DNA of 64,000 nt from Fidelibacterota bacterium (GCA_046861395.1 JBHHUC010000003.1:1-64000); one strand, 5' to 3'. Shown: positions 1 to 10,979, numbered from the stretch's first letter. Notes: generated by a model not told the origin, from the sequence alone. Numbers and translations: made by a program.

Positions 1-1550
1 TCGTCTTCCTCCTCGGCGGCGCCCACGTAGCGGCCCGGGGTCAGCACATAGTCGTTTTTGCGGATTTCTTCCAGTGCAGCGGATTTGCAAAAGCCGGGGA
101 TGTCTTCATACCCCTTTTCTCCATTTTTGGGGTTCTCTTGCCATTTGTGGAAGGTATCGGCGATTTGGGCGATGTCTTCGGCGGAAAAATCGCGCAGCAC
201 GCGGTCTTTCATATAACCCATCTTGCGGGCGTCGATAAACAGCACCTCCCCGCGGCGGTCGCGTTTGCCGTCCCGCGCCTGTTTGTTGCGCGTCAAAAAC
301 CAGATGCAGGCGGGAATCTGCGTATTGGTAAACAATTGCCCGGGCAGGGCCACCAGGCATTCCACCCGGTCGGCTTCCACCATGTTTTTGCGGATATGGC
401 CTTCGCCGGATGTGTTGGAACTCATCGAGCCGTTGGCCAGCAGCAGGGCCATACTGCCGTTGGGGTTCAGGTGGTAAAGCATGTGCTGCATCCAGGCAAA
501 ATTGGCAGTGCGCGGCGGCGGGGTGCCGTATTGCCAGCGCGGGTCGCCTTCCAAAGCGGCGTTCCACCAGTCCTTCATATTAAAAGGCGGATTGGCCATC
601 ACGTAATCGGCTTTCAAATCCGGGTGCTGGTCGTTGCTGAAACTGTCCGCCGGTTCCCGGCCGAAATTAAAATCCAGTCCGCGGATCACCATATTCATGG
701 CCGCCAGTTGCCAGGTGGTGTGGTTGTATTCCTGCCCGTAAATGGACACATTGCCGATGTTGCCGTTATGGGCTTGGATGAATGTGTCGCTCTGCACAAA
801 AAAACCGCCGCTGCCCATGGCCGGGTCATACACCCGTCCCTTAAACGGCTGCAGCATTTCCACAATCAGGCTGACGATGGATTTGGGGGTGTAGAACTGC
901 CCGCCCTTTTTCCCTTCCGCCAGGGCGAACTGCCCCAGGAAATATTCATACACATGTCCCAAAATATCCTTGGCGCCCAGGGTTTCGTGATGAAAGGGGA
1001 TGGTGGCGATCAGGTCGATCAGTTCCCCCAGCCGGGACTGGTCCACCTGCAGCCGGCTGTAGGTTTTGTTGAGTATGCCTTTCAGTTTGGGATTGTCCTT
1101 TTCGATGGCTTCCAGCGCGTCGTCGATCAGCCGTCCCACGCTGCTGAATTTGTATTTGGTAGTTTCGCCGTTGGTGATGTCGATTTCCGTGCCCGGCGCC
1201 AGTTTGGCGTTATTCTGCAGGGTTTCCCAGCGCGCCAGCGCCGGCACCCAGAACACGTTCTTCTCGGTGTAGTAATCGCGGATTTCCAGTTCGGCAGCAA
1301 AATCTTTTTCATATTCTTCCCGACTGTCGTAATCATCGGGATCGAGAAAATACTCGTGTTTGGGATTTTTGAACTGTTCGGCCAACTCCTCGCGGCGCAT
1401 TTCAAAAGCGTCGGACACATATTTGATAAAGATCAGTCCCAGCACCACGTGTTTGTAATTGGCGGCGTCCAGCATGGGCAATAGTTTGTTGGCCGCGGCC
1501 CACAGTTTGCTTTCCAGTTGGCTCAGAAATTCCTGTTCGGTTTGTTTCAT
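1..1550 (-). CDS. hsdM: Type I restriction-modification DNA methyltransferase subunit M (3' end runs off the window)
   Basis: Hand translation of the minus strand from ATG at 1550: MKQTEQEFLSQLESKLWAAANKL..., GQFYTP, motif I RVYDPAMGSGGFF, motif IV VMANPPFN, C-terminal DYVLTPGRYVG. Absent from the ORF track because there is no stop in the window. Confidence 0.95.
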   Translation of the reverse strand, partial: MKQTEQEFLSQLESKLWAAANKLLPMLDAANYKHVVLGLIFIKYVSDAFEMRREELAEQFKNPKHEYFLDPDDYDSREEYEKDFAAELEIRDYYTEKNVFWVPALARWETLQNNAKLAPGTEIDITNGETTKYKFSSVGRLIDDALEAIEKDNPKLKGILNKTYSRLQVDQSRLGELIDLIATIPFHHETLGAKDILGHVYEYFLGQFALAEGKKGGQFYTPKSIVSLIVEMLQPFKGRVYDPAMGSGGFFVQSDTFIQAHNGNIGNVSIYGQEYNHTTWQLAAMNMVIRGLDFNFGREPADSFSNDQHPDLKADYVMANPPFNMKDWWNAALEGDPRWQYGTPPPRTANFAWMQHMLYHLNPNGSMALLLANGSMSSNTSGEGHIRKNMVEADRVECLVALPGQLFTNTQIPACIWFLTRNKQARDGKRDRRGEVLFIDARKMGYMKDRVLRDFSAEDIAQIADTFHKWQENPKNGEKGYEDIPGFCKSAALEEIRKNDYVLTPGRYVGAAEEED

Positions 1551-1970
1551 CTAATTGTCCTGATTAAATTGAAAAAAGTAGTTGAAAGGTATTAAATCTG
1601 AATTATTGAAAAAGGATGTTTTTTTGTAAATGAGTGTATGCATTTATATTTGTATTCACAAAGTATATCTAAGCATTTAACTACTAAAAATACTGAATTA
1701 TTTTTTGGCACTGAATCATGATATTTAGAATTTTTTCGCTATGACTGTCCTCATCGTCGAAAATGAAATATTTTTTATTATAGTTTTCTTGGGCCAAATA
1801 TTATTCTCCGATAAAATTCCGAATATCAAACCGGCTAATCATTATGAGTATCTCCAACCCTCCGGAATCATACAAAGAATCGTCATTCTGGTTCGGTGGA
1901 ATGTAAAGCATTTCAAAATAATAAACAAGGTCGGCCCAATATCCCGGAGAGCAATGTGTAATTTCCAGCC

Positions 1971-2438
1971 ATGGAAAAAAGGACAATACACCTGCGCCGG
2001 GCCCGGGACAAGGATGCCGATTTCCTGGCTGCCGGAAATATCGCCCTGGCCCGGGAAACAGAAAACAAAGCATTACCCCAATCCACGGTCCTCGAGGGCG
2101 TGAAAACCGTGTTACGTCATCCGAACCACGGTTTTTACGTTATTGCGGAAATTGATCATCAACCCATGGGCCAATTGCTGGTAACCTATGAATGGTCGGA
2201 TTGGAGAAACGGACTCTTCTGGTGGCTGCAATCCGTTTACATCCTGCCCCAATGGCGGGGCCAGGGCCTTTTCCGCCAGCTTCAGGATTATGTGATTCAG
2301 GCGGCCAAGGACGATCCCAAGGTATGCGGTTTGCGATTGTATGTGGAACGGGACAATAGGCGGGCCAAAAGCATCTATACCCACCTGGGGTGGCAAACCA
2401 CATCCTATGAATTGCTGGAAATGGACTGGTCCCCATGA
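1971..2438 (+). CDS. GNAT family N-acetyltransferase
   Basis: YEWSDWRNG, acetyl-CoA binding motif QWRGQG, LRLYVERDNRRAKSIY. Confidence 0.9.
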   Translation: MEKRTIHLRRARDKDADFLAAGNIALARETENKALPQSTVLEGVKTVLRHPNHGFYVIAEIDHQPMGQLLVTYEWSDWRNGLFWWLQSVYILPQWRGQGLFRQLQDYVIQAAKDDPKVCGLRLYVERDNRRAKSIYTHLGWQTTSYELLEMDWSP

Positions 2439-3409
2439 AACCGTTGATCATCGGTTCCATCCGACTGGATACTCCCATCCTACTTGCACCCATGGCTGGG
2501 GTGACCGACTATGCCTTTCGGATTTTATGTCGCGAATTCGGCGCCGCGATGGTGTATTCGGAATTCGTTTCGGCCCACGGGATCATCCGCGAAAATGCCA
2601 AAACATTGGATTTGATTCGCTTCACGCCGGAAGAACGCCCCATCGGCATCCAGATTTTCGGCGACAGGCCAGATGTGATGGCTCAGGCCGCCGGATACGT
2701 CCAGAAAACATTCCAGCCTGATCTTGTTGATATCAATTATGGTTGTCCGGTTCCAAAAGTAACCAGGAAGGGAGCCGGATCTGCCGCCCTCAGGGATTTA
2801 TGTCTGATGGACGATATAACAGCCGCCGTTGTGGAAGCCGTCCCTGAAATTCCAGTCACGGTAAAAATGCGGGCCGGCTGGGATTCCCGCTCCATCGTCA
2901 TACCCGAGGTCGGGCAGCGGTTGGAACGAGCCGGCGTGGCAGCCATTACCCTCCACCCCCGCACAACGGTGCAAAAATATACCGGGAAAGCGGACTGGCC
3001 GCTGATCCGGGAACTGAAGCAGGCGGTAGACATTCCGGTCATTGGCAACGGGGATATCGAATCACCGGAGGATGTCGTACGAATGTTAGACGAAACGGGC
3101 TGTGACGGTGTCATGATCGGACGGGCCGCCCTGGGCAATCCCTGGATTTTCACCCAGATCATGCAATATTTGAATGGGAATCCTATTTCCGACGTAACAT
3201 TGCCGGAACGGGTTCGCATCTGCAACCGACATCTGGATTTAATGATCATGGATAAAGGGGAAAGAATCGCCCTCAATCTCATGAAAAAACATTTTGGCTG
3301 GTATATCAAGGGATATCCCGGTGCGGCAACCGACCGCAAACATCTTGTCATGGCCACCGAACTGACGGAAATACGAGCCCTGCTCCGGCAAATCGAACAG
3401 AAATCCTGA
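2435..3409 (+). CDS. dusB: tRNA-dihydrouridine synthase DusB
   Basis: LAPMAGVTD, DINYGCP, VTVKMRAG, LHPRT, VIGNGDI, VMIGRA motifs. Confidence 0.93.
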   Translation: MKPLIIGSIRLDTPILLAPMAGVTDYAFRILCREFGAAMVYSEFVSAHGIIRENAKTLDLIRFTPEERPIGIQIFGDRPDVMAQAAGYVQKTFQPDLVDINYGCPVPKVTRKGAGSAALRDLCLMDDITAAVVEAVPEIPVTVKMRAGWDSRSIVIPEVGQRLERAGVAAITLHPRTTVQKYTGKADWPLIRELKQAVDIPVIGNGDIESPEDVVRMLDETGCDGVMIGRAALGNPWIFTQIMQYLNGNPISDVTLPERVRICNRHLDLMIMDKGERIALNLMKKHFGWYIKGYPGAATDRKHLVMATELTEIRALLRQIEQKS

Positions 3410-3479
3410 GGCCCTGGATTCCCTTTCCCGTCCGGCGCCCGAAGAAACCTACGGTTCGGGATTATTCCATTCCGTTCTG

Positions 3480-3509
3480 TTGCCTAACGACAATTCCAAA
3501 CGGTAAATT
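3480..3509 (+). promoter_or_regulatory. Candidate sigma70-type promoter for pruA
   Basis: TTGCCT-18 nt-TAAATT in the intergenic region, about 50 nt before the ATG. Confidence 0.35.
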
Positions 3510-3557
3510 TTCATTCATTTTTAGTCTGCTTTTTTCCCATAACACGAAGGATTACGA

Positions 3558-5192
3558 ATGTCGAACGCGAAGGTAAAAGTTCCAACTCCCGTGAATGAAC
3601 CGGTTAAATCGTACCGTCCGGGTTCGTCCGAAAAAATATTATTGAAAACCGCCCTGAATGATCTAGCATCCAAAACCATTGAAATTCCCCTTATCATCGG
3701 TGGAAAGGAAATCAGGACCGGAAAAACCGCTACCTGTGTCATGCCCCATCAGCATGATCATGTCCTGGGCACCTACCATCTGGCTGGAGAAGCGGAAGTT
3801 CAATTGGCGATTGCCGCCTCACAGAAAGCATGGATCGAATGGTCCGAAACGCCTTGGGAACAACGGGTGGCAGTCTTCAAGAAAATGGCTTCTTTGTTAC
3901 AGGGACCCTATCGTTATCTCCTCAATGCCGCCACCATGCTCAATGTGAGCAAGAATGCTTTCCAGGCGGAAATCGATTCGGCCTGCGAATTGATCGATTT
4001 TTTCAATTTCAATGCCAGTTTTGCTCAGGAATTGTATGAAATCCAGCCCCTGTATTCTCCGGACGGCATGTGGAATTATGTGGAGCACCGGCCCCTGGAA
4101 GGTTTCATTTTCGCTGTAACACCATTTAATTTTGTAAGCATTGCCGGTAATTTGCCCACGGCCCCGGTGCTGATGGGGAACGTTGCCTTGTGGAAACCGG
4201 CCTCTTCCGCTGTTTATCCGGCCTATTACCTCATGAAACTTTTTCAGGAAGCGGGACTCCCTGACGGCGTCATCAATTTCGTGCCGGGTCCCGGGAGTAA
4301 AGTAGGCCCCATTGTCATGGACGACCCGGCCTTTGCCGGTGTGCATTTTACCGGATCGACGGCCGTGTTCCAGAGCATGTGGCAATCCATCGGGAAAAAC
4401 ATCTCCCGGTATAAATCCTATCCCCGGATCGTAGGGGAAACGGGCGGGAAGGATTTCTGCATCGTACATGAATCGGCCGACCTTGAGGGTGTCGTCACTG
4501 CCATGGTCAGGGGTGCCTTCGAATATCAGGGACAGAAATGTTCAGCCCTTTCCCGGGCCTACGTTCCCCGGACACTCTGGCCCCGTTTACAGTCCCGGCT
4601 GCTGGACGAAATCAGTACGATCAAGATGGGCGATGTGAATGATTTTTCCCATTTCATGAATGCCGTCATTGATGAAGCTGCCTTTACCACAATTACCGGT
4701 TATATCGACTATGCCAAAGCCGCTTCCGAGGCAACCATCATTGCCGGTGGCGGTTATGATAAGAGTGAAGGATATTTCATCGAACCAACAGTGATTCTTA
4801 CAGAAGATCCCCTTTTCAAGACCATGCGGGAAGAAATATTCGGTCCCGTCCTCACCATTTATGTTTATGATCCCCTGAAGTGGTCCGATACCCTGGTATT
4901 GGTGGACCGGACGTCCCCCTATGCCCTTACGGGCTGTGTCTTTGCCAATGACCGCCAGGCCATCATCGAAGCTTCCCGGGCTTTAACGCACAGTGCAGGC
5001 AATTTCTATATCAATGATAAACCCACAGGAGCCGTGGTGGGACAACAACCCTTTGGCGGCGGCCGGGCTTCGGGCACCAATGACAAGGCCGGCTCCCTAT
5101 TTAACCTGATGCGGTGGGTCTCACAGAGGACGATAAAAGAAACCTTCGTCCCGCCCACCAGTTATCGGTATCCCTTCATGGAAGAAGATTAA
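3558..5192 (+). CDS. pruA: L-glutamate gamma-semialdehyde (delta-1-pyrroline-5-carboxylate) dehydrogenase
   Basis: NEPVKSY N-terminus, AEIDSACELIDF, FTGST, ETGGKD, catalytic Cys in FEYQGQKCSA, QPFGGGRASGTNDK. Confidence 0.95.
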   Translation: MSNAKVKVPTPVNEPVKSYRPGSSEKILLKTALNDLASKTIEIPLIIGGKEIRTGKTATCVMPHQHDHVLGTYHLAGEAEVQLAIAASQKAWIEWSETPWEQRVAVFKKMASLLQGPYRYLLNAATMLNVSKNAFQAEIDSACELIDFFNFNASFAQELYEIQPLYSPDGMWNYVEHRPLEGFIFAVTPFNFVSIAGNLPTAPVLMGNVALWKPASSAVYPAYYLMKLFQEAGLPDGVINFVPGPGSKVGPIVMDDPAFAGVHFTGSTAVFQSMWQSIGKNISRYKSYPRIVGETGGKDFCIVHESADLEGVVTAMVRGAFEYQGQKCSALSRAYVPRTLWPRLQSRLLDEISTIKMGDVNDFSHFMNAVIDEAAFTTITGYIDYAKAASEATIIAGGGYDKSEGYFIEPTVILTEDPLFKTMREEIFGPVLTIYVYDPLKWSDTLVLVDRTSPYALTGCVFANDRQAIIEASRALTHSAGNFYINDKPTGAVVGQQPFGGGRASGTNDKAGSLFNLMRWVSQRTIKETFVPPTSYRYPFMEED

Positions 5193-5321
5193 TCCTAAGT
5201 GTTACGATGATTCCGATTAATTACTTTCAACGGCTGATCATACCATCACGGATTACCTCGTTTCAGTAAGCTGAATGGTTTCGGAATCACACGTTTACCC
5301 AAATAATTAGGAGCAAAAAGA

Positions 5322-6638
5322 ATGAAAAAAACAAATGTACTGGTCATGGGAGCTGCCGGGCGCGACTTCCATAATTTCAACGTTGTCTATCGGAACAATG
5401 AAAACGTTAATGTCGTGGCTTTCACGGCTACGCAGATTCCCGATATCGATGGACGCGTATATCCCCCGGAACTGGCCGGCTCCCTGTATCCCGACGGAAT
5501 TAAGATTTATGACGAAGCCGATCTGGACACCCTTATCCGGGATCTGAATGTCGATGAAGTGGTATTTTCATACTCGGATATCGCCCATGAGGATGTGATG
5601 CACAAGGCTTCACGGGTTATTGCATCCGGTGCTCATTTCAAGGTCCTGGGCGCCAGACCCACTCAGATCAAATCAACGAAGCCCGTCATTGGTATAGGGG
5701 CAGTTCGTACGGGTTGCGGAAAAAGTCAGACCACCCGGAAAGTGGCCGAAATTCTGAAAGCCGCCGGGAAAAAAGTGGCCGCCATCCGCCATCCCATGCC
5801 CTACGGTGATCTGAACAAGCAACGGGTTCAGCGCTTCGCATCCCTGGATGATCTGAAAAAACACGATTGTACCATTGAAGAGATGGAAGAATATGAGCCG
5901 CATATCAATTCGGGTACCATTATCTATGCCGGCGTTGATTATGAAGCGATCCTGCGCGAAGCAGAGAAGGAAGCCGACGTCATCCTCTGGGATGGGGGCA
6001 ACAATGACATGTCTTTCTATCACACGGATTTATACATCGTCGTTGTGGATCCTCACCGGCCGGGACATGAACTGGCCTATTACCCAGGTGAAACCAACCT
6101 CCTGATGGCCGATGTGGTTGTCATCAATAAAATCGATTCGGCGGACGCGGAAGATGTTGACGAAGTCCGTTGGAATGTACGTGAAACCAATCCCGGTGCC
6201 CGGATCATTGAAGCCGCTTCGCCCATCGCGGTGGAAAATGCCGAATTGATTTATGGAAAAAGAGCGCTGGTCGTGGAAGATGGACCGACGCTGACCCACG
6301 GCGAAATGCAGTACGGTGCCGGAATGGTCGCCGCCGAGAAATTCGGTGCGGAAGATGTTGTTGATCCCCGTTCCTTTACCGTTGGAACAATCACCGAAAC
6401 ATTCGAAAAATATCCCGATATCGGTGAACTTCTGCCGGCCATGGGCTACGGTGAACAACAAATGAAGGACCTGGAAACCACCATCGCTCAGACCGATTGT
6501 GATGTGGTCATCATCGGCACGCCCATCGATCTGCGCCGCGTGATTGAGATTAAACAACCTTCGGTTCGCGTGACCTACGATTTACAGGAAATCGGAACAC
6601 CGGACCTGAGCGACGTACTCAAACCCTTTACGAGCTAG
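5322..6638 (+). CDS. Cyclic 2,3-diphosphoglycerate synthetase-like P-loop protein, probable arginine synthetase (ArcE-type)
   Basis: MGAAGRDFHNFN N-terminus, P-loop RTGCGKSQT, IRHPMPYGDL, WDGGNND, EDGPTLTHG; directly upstream of carbamate kinase. Confidence 0.8.
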   Translation: MKKTNVLVMGAAGRDFHNFNVVYRNNENVNVVAFTATQIPDIDGRVYPPELAGSLYPDGIKIYDEADLDTLIRDLNVDEVVFSYSDIAHEDVMHKASRVIASGAHFKVLGARPTQIKSTKPVIGIGAVRTGCGKSQTTRKVAEILKAAGKKVAAIRHPMPYGDLNKQRVQRFASLDDLKKHDCTIEEMEEYEPHINSGTIIYAGVDYEAILREAEKEADVILWDGGNNDMSFYHTDLYIVVVDPHRPGHELAYYPGETNLLMADVVVINKIDSADAEDVDEVRWNVRETNPGARIIEAASPIAVENAELIYGKRALVVEDGPTLTHGEMQYGAGMVAAEKFGAEDVVDPRSFTVGTITETFEKYPDIGELLPAMGYGEQQMKDLETTIAQTDCDVVIIGTPIDLRRVIEIKQPSVRVTYDLQEIGTPDLSDVLKPFTS

Positions 6639-6643
6639 CACGC

Positions 6644-7594
6644 TTGCGACCGCATCGTACAGTCATGGTTGCCTTGGGTGGCAATGCATTGTCACCCAAG
6701 GGCTCAGCCGGAGATATTCACGTTCAGTTCGCCCATACGCGGAAAAGCCTGGATGCCATTATGCATTTTGTGGACTTTGACTATAATATCTGCATCACGC
6801 ATGGAAATGGTCCCCAGGTTGGCGATGAGTTGATGCGTATGGATCTGACTCACGATAAAATCCCCTCCCTACCCTTGGGGGTTTGCGTAGCTGGGACTCA
6901 GGGAACAATCGGATACATGATCCAACAGTCTCTGCAAAACCGCCTAAAACAGGTCGGTGTAGAACGGGAAGTCGTTACGCTGATTACTCAGGTCATCGTC
7001 GACCGGGATGATCCGTCCATTCAAAATCCGACAAAGTTCATCGGCCAACGCTATTCGGAAGAAAAAGCCCGTGAAATGGCCCGTCAGTTCGGCTGGACCG
7101 TGAAGGAACAGAATCCGGGCGAATGGCGTCGTGTCGTTCCTTCGCCCCTGCCCCAATACATCATGCATGGTGTCAGTACCAAAACACTGGTCGATCATGG
7201 TACCATCGTTCTCTGTGCCGGCGGTGGTGGAATTCCGGCTTATTATGAGGACGAAAACACACTCGAAGGACTGGATGCCGTCATTGACAAAGACCTGGCG
7301 GCGGCTTTGATGGGACGTATCATTAAGGCCCATGAACTGTGGATCATCACCGACGTGGATCATGCCTATCTCGATTACAATTCGGATCGGCAACGACCGA
7401 TTACCCGCTGTACAGCGGCGGAAGCCCAGACTTATCTGGAGCAAAATCAATTTCAGGAGGGCAGCATGGCACCGAAATTCCGTGCCGCTCTGTATTTCTT
7501 AAAATATCATGGAAAAAAAGTCATCATCACATCTATACCCAAGGTAAAAGATGCGATTGCTGGCGCTGCCGGGACTACCATCGTCCGGGCATAA
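6644..7594 (+). CDS. arcC: Carbamate kinase
   Basis: VALGGNAL, ITHGNGPQVG, NPTKFIG, WRRVVPSP, GGGGIP, AVIDKD, GSMAPK; start is TTG 6644 or ATG 6665. Confidence 0.95.
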   Translation: MRPHRTVMVALGGNALSPKGSAGDIHVQFAHTRKSLDAIMHFVDFDYNICITHGNGPQVGDELMRMDLTHDKIPSLPLGVCVAGTQGTIGYMIQQSLQNRLKQVGVEREVVTLITQVIVDRDDPSIQNPTKFIGQRYSEEKAREMARQFGWTVKEQNPGEWRRVVPSPLPQYIMHGVSTKTLVDHGTIVLCAGGGGIPAYYEDENTLEGLDAVIDKDLAAALMGRIIKAHELWIITDVDHAYLDYNSDRQRPITRCTAAEAQTYLEQNQFQEGSMAPKFRAALYFLKYHGKKVIITSIPKVKDAIAGAAGTTIVRA

Positions 7595-7611
7595 ACCATT
7601 AGGGAGGTATT

Positions 7612-8778
7612 GTGAAAATTCACGAATATCAGGGTAAGGAACTGTTCCGGCAGTTTCATGTGAACGTACCCGTCGGATTCCCTGCCTTTACCGTGGACGA
7701 AGCGGTAGCTGCAGCCCGACAAATCGGCACTTTTCCAGTCGTCGTCAAAGCCCAGATCCATGCCGGCGGGCGTGGTAAGGGCGGCGGCGTCAAGCTGGCA
7801 AACAACATGGATGAAGTACGGGAAACGGCAACAGCCATCCTGGGCATGCAACTGGTTACACATCAGACCGGTCCGGAGGGGAAAGAAGTACAACGCCTCC
7901 TCATAGAGTCCGGGGTAGCCATTGATCGCGAACTCTATGCCGGCATCGTTCTGGACCGGGCCACCAAACGGGATGTATTCATGGTCTCAACTGAAGGTGG
8001 CATGGAAATCGAAAAAGTGGCCGCGGATACACCGGAAAAAATTGTAAAGGAATGGATTGACCCGGCCGTAGGGCTGACACCCTTTCAGTGTCGCAAACTG
8101 GCCTTTGCCCTGGGCCTAAAGGGAAACCAGGTCCGGGCTGCGATAAAAATCTTTACCGCACTCTGGAATGTTTATGTGAAAAAAGACTGTTCCCTCATCG
8201 AAATCAATCCTCTGGTCGTAACCAAAGACGATGATGTCATTGCCATCGATGCCAAACTGAATTTTGACGACAATGCTCTTTTCCGGCAAAAGGATGTCCT
8301 GGACTATCGCGACCTGGCCGAAGAGGACCCGGCAGAAGTGAAAGCCAGTCAATACCACCTGAATTATATCAAATTGGACGGGAATGTCGGTTGCATGGTC
8401 AATGGCGCCGGACTGGCCATGGGAACCATGGATATCATTAAACTCAGTGGTGGTGAACCTGCCAATTTCCTTGATGTGGGTGGTGTGGCCAATCCGGAAA
8501 CGGTGGCCAACGGTTTCAAACTGATCATTTCCGATGAGAATGTGAAATCGATTCTGATTAATATCTTCGGCGGCATTGTGCGGTGTGACCGCGTCGCCCA
8601 GGGCGTCATTGATGCCATGCATTCTGTCCAGGTCACTGTTCCGGTCGTCATCCGTCTGGAAGGCACCAATGCGCGGGAGGCAGCACAACTCCTGAACGAT
8701 TCACCTCTGGATTTTATTGTTGCAACCAGTTTACAGGATGCCGCCGAGAAAGCAGTCGCAGCGGCCAGCAAGGAGTAG
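7612..8778 (+). CDS. sucC: Succinyl-CoA synthetase beta subunit
   Basis: [46 protein letters not shown]. Confidence 0.97.
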   Translation: MKIHEYQGKELFRQFHVNVPVGFPAFTVDEAVAAARQIGTFPVVVKAQIHAGGRGKGGGVKLANNMDEVRETATAILGMQLVTHQTGPEGKEVQRLLIESGVAIDRELYAGIVLDRATKRDVFMVSTEGGMEIEKVAADTPEKIVKEWIDPAVGLTPFQCRKLAFALGLKGNQVRAAIKIFTALWNVYVKKDCSLIEINPLVVTKDDDVIAIDAKLNFDDNALFRQKDVLDYRDLAEEDPAEVKASQYHLNYIKLDGNVGCMVNGAGLAMGTMDIIKLSGGEPANFLDVGGVANPETVANGFKLIISDENVKSILINIFGGIVRCDRVAQGVIDAMHSVQVTVPVVIRLEGTNAREAAQLLNDSPLDFIVATSLQDAAEKAVAAASKE

Positions 8779-8781
8779 ATA

Positions 8782-9654
8782 ATGAGTGTTTTAGTCTCGA
8801 AAAATACCCGATTGATTGTCCAGGGCTTCACGGGCCAGGAAGGTACCTTTCATAGCCAGCAAATGATCGAATACGGTACCAATGTCGTCGCCGGCGTTAC
8901 ACCCAACAAGGGCGGTACCGTACACCTGGACCGTCCCGTCTTTAACACCGTAGCCGAAGCGGTTGAAAAAACCGGGGGAAATACTTCGGTCATTTTTGTT
9001 CCACCACCCTTTGCGGCCGATGCCATCATGGAAGCGGTGGATTCAGAATTGGAATTAGTCATTTGCATCACGGAAGGAATTCCGGTACGTGATATGGTGA
9101 AAGTCGCCCGGTACATGGAAGGAAAATCTACCCGGCTGGTGGGGCCGAATTGTCCCGGTGTCATTTCTCCCGGACAGGCCAAGGTCGGCATTATGCCCGG
9201 CTTCATTCATTCGTCGGGATCCATTGCCATCATGAGCCGGTCCGGAACACTGACCTATGAAGCAGTTCATCAAATCAGCCAATATGGCTTGGGTCAATCC
9301 ACCGTAATCGGAATCGGCGGTGATCCCATTATTGGAACCACCTTTATCGATATGTTTGAAATGCTGGCCGATGATGACGATACAAACGGTGTCGTCATGA
9401 TCGGTGAAATCGGTGGAACAGCCGAAGAGGAAGCGGCGGAATGGGTCGTGAAGAATCATTTTACCAAGCCTGTTGTATCCTTTATTGCCGGCCAGACCGC
9501 TCCGCCCGGACGTCGCATGGGACATGCCGGTGCCATCATCGCCGGTGGCAAGGGTACCGCCACGGAAAAAATGGCCGTTCTGAAAGAAGCCGGAATACAC
9601 GTCGTAACCAGCCCTGCCGACATTGGGAAAACCATGGCCGGACTGGTAAAATAA
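8782..9654 (+). CDS. sucD: Succinyl-CoA synthetase alpha subunit
   Basis: [26 protein letters not shown], phospho-His motif RMGHAGA. Confidence 0.97.
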   Translation: MSVLVSKNTRLIVQGFTGQEGTFHSQQMIEYGTNVVAGVTPNKGGTVHLDRPVFNTVAEAVEKTGGNTSVIFVPPPFAADAIMEAVDSELELVICITEGIPVRDMVKVARYMEGKSTRLVGPNCPGVISPGQAKVGIMPGFIHSSGSIAIMSRSGTLTYEAVHQISQYGLGQSTVIGIGGDPIIGTTFIDMFEMLADDDDTNGVVMIGEIGGTAEEEAAEWVVKNHFTKPVVSFIAGQTAPPGRRMGHAGAIIAGGKGTATEKMAVLKEAGIHVVTSPADIGKTMAGLVK

Positions 9655-9681
9655 CAACACCATTAATTACAGGAGATATTT

Positions 9682-10107
9682 GTGGGAAATCGAACCTTTG
9701 CCATTATTAAACCCGATGCCGTCAGAAATGGTCATACCGGGAAAATTTATGATCGTATTCTGGCCGCCGGATTCACGGTGCTCGGCGCCAAACTGGTCCG
9801 CATGACCAAAGCCCAAGCGGAAGGATTCTATGCCGTACATCGGGGAAAACCCTTTTACGAAGAACTGACAACGTTCATGTCATCCGGACAGTGCATGGTA
9901 TTGGCCCTGGAAAAAGAAAATGCCGTTTCGGCCTGGCGCGAAACCATCGGTGCCACCAATCCGGCGGACGCGGCCGAAGGAACCATCCGCAAGGATTTTG
10001 CCACCAGTCTGGGGGAAAATGCCGTTCATGGTTCAGACAGTGATGAAAATGCCAGCAAGGAAATCGGATTTTTCTTCACGGAGGCGGAATTAATTGCAAA
10101 TCAATAA
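9682..10107 (+). CDS. ndk: Nucleoside diphosphate kinase
   Basis: RTFAIIKPDAV, GATNP, NAVHGSDS. Confidence 0.97.
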   Translation: MGNRTFAIIKPDAVRNGHTGKIYDRILAAGFTVLGAKLVRMTKAQAEGFYAVHRGKPFYEELTTFMSSGQCMVLALEKENAVSAWRETIGATNPADAAEGTIRKDFATSLGENAVHGSDSDENASKEIGFFFTEAELIANQ

Positions 10108-10178
10108 AGAGAGATTATTTGCTTTTTTCCAAATACCCGACCAAATTTTAGGGATAATTTCGGAGAGGAAATAGACTC

Positions 10179-10979
10179 TTGAAGGTTCAAAAACACATAT
10201 TATTCATTTTCTTCCTGGGAATTTTTATATCGTGCGGCGATGACGAAATGCCCGGCACGGTCGGTGAGCCCATCACAATGGCTGCGGAATCCCTGGAATC
10301 CAGTAGTGATCTGGACATTTCCTGGAGCATTCTGGAACAACCTAGTGCCAGCTGGTTAAGTCCCGAAGATGCCCGGCTGTCCAGTGGTGGTTTGGAAGCG
10401 ACATTCGTTCCCGATGAACCGGGGAAATATGTCTTTCAGGTTTCCATTTCGCAGTACGGTGATGAATTGTCGACACAGAGTTTTACCTATAATATTGAAC
10501 CATCCACCGAAACCGCTGCCGCAGAACCTTATGAAGAAGTCACGGAAGACGAATGGTTGAGTACATCCCAGGATGAATCGACCGCAGTCGTTGCGGACGA
10601 TACTGCGAAACCGGAACAGGTTCCTGAAACAACGATGGCGGTAACTCCCCCGCCCCCTCCGGCACCCCCGAAACAGGTCGTTAAACAAGCACCGAAGGTG
10701 ATACCGGGAGCAACCATTCCCTATGACAAAACGCGCTTCACTATTCAGGTTGCGGCCCGGAACACACTGGAAGATGCCGAAAAAGTAGCCGCCGATTTGA
10801 TAGACGCCGGGTTCGATGCCTATATCCAGAAAGCCACTTTTGTCGAAAACGACCAAACCTGGTACCGGGTCCGGGTCGGTAGTTATGACGATCGCAAAGT
10901 CGCTCAGGCTGTTGCAAATTCCATTCAGGAACAACATGAATTATCCACGTGGATTGACCACGTCAGATTAGACCAGTAA
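10179..10979 (+). CDS. SPOR domain-containing lipoprotein (PKD/Ig-like N-domain, Pro-rich linker)
   Basis: Lipobox-like FISC, ATFVPDEPGKYVFQV, poly-Pro linker, C-terminal FTIQVAA...WYRVRVGSY SPOR motif. Confidence 0.8.
   Translation: MKVQKHILFIFFLGIFISCGDDEMPGTVGEPITMAAESLESSSDLDISWSILEQPSASWLSPEDARLSSGGLEATFVPDEPGKYVFQVSISQYGDELSTQSFTYNIEPSTETAAAEPYEEVTEDEWLSTSQDESTAVVADDTAKPEQVPETTMAVTPPPPPAPPKQVVKQAPKVIPGATIPYDKTRFTIQVAARNTLEDAEKVAADLIDAGFDAYIQKATFVENDQTWYRVRVGSYDDRKVAQAVANSIQEQHELSTWIDHVRLDQ

Noticed and set aside
138..1484. 448-aa plus-strand ORF
   Set aside because: Antisense shadow of hsdM; all recognisable motifs are on the minus strand
1741..2103. Short ORFs on both strands before the GNAT gene
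   Set aside because: No motifs, overlap a real gene, no RBS; no tRNA or att site recognised
3410..3557. Riboswitch or ncRNA upstream of pruA
   Set aside because: Only a short CCCGAA/TTCGGG stem; no recognisable aptamer consensus
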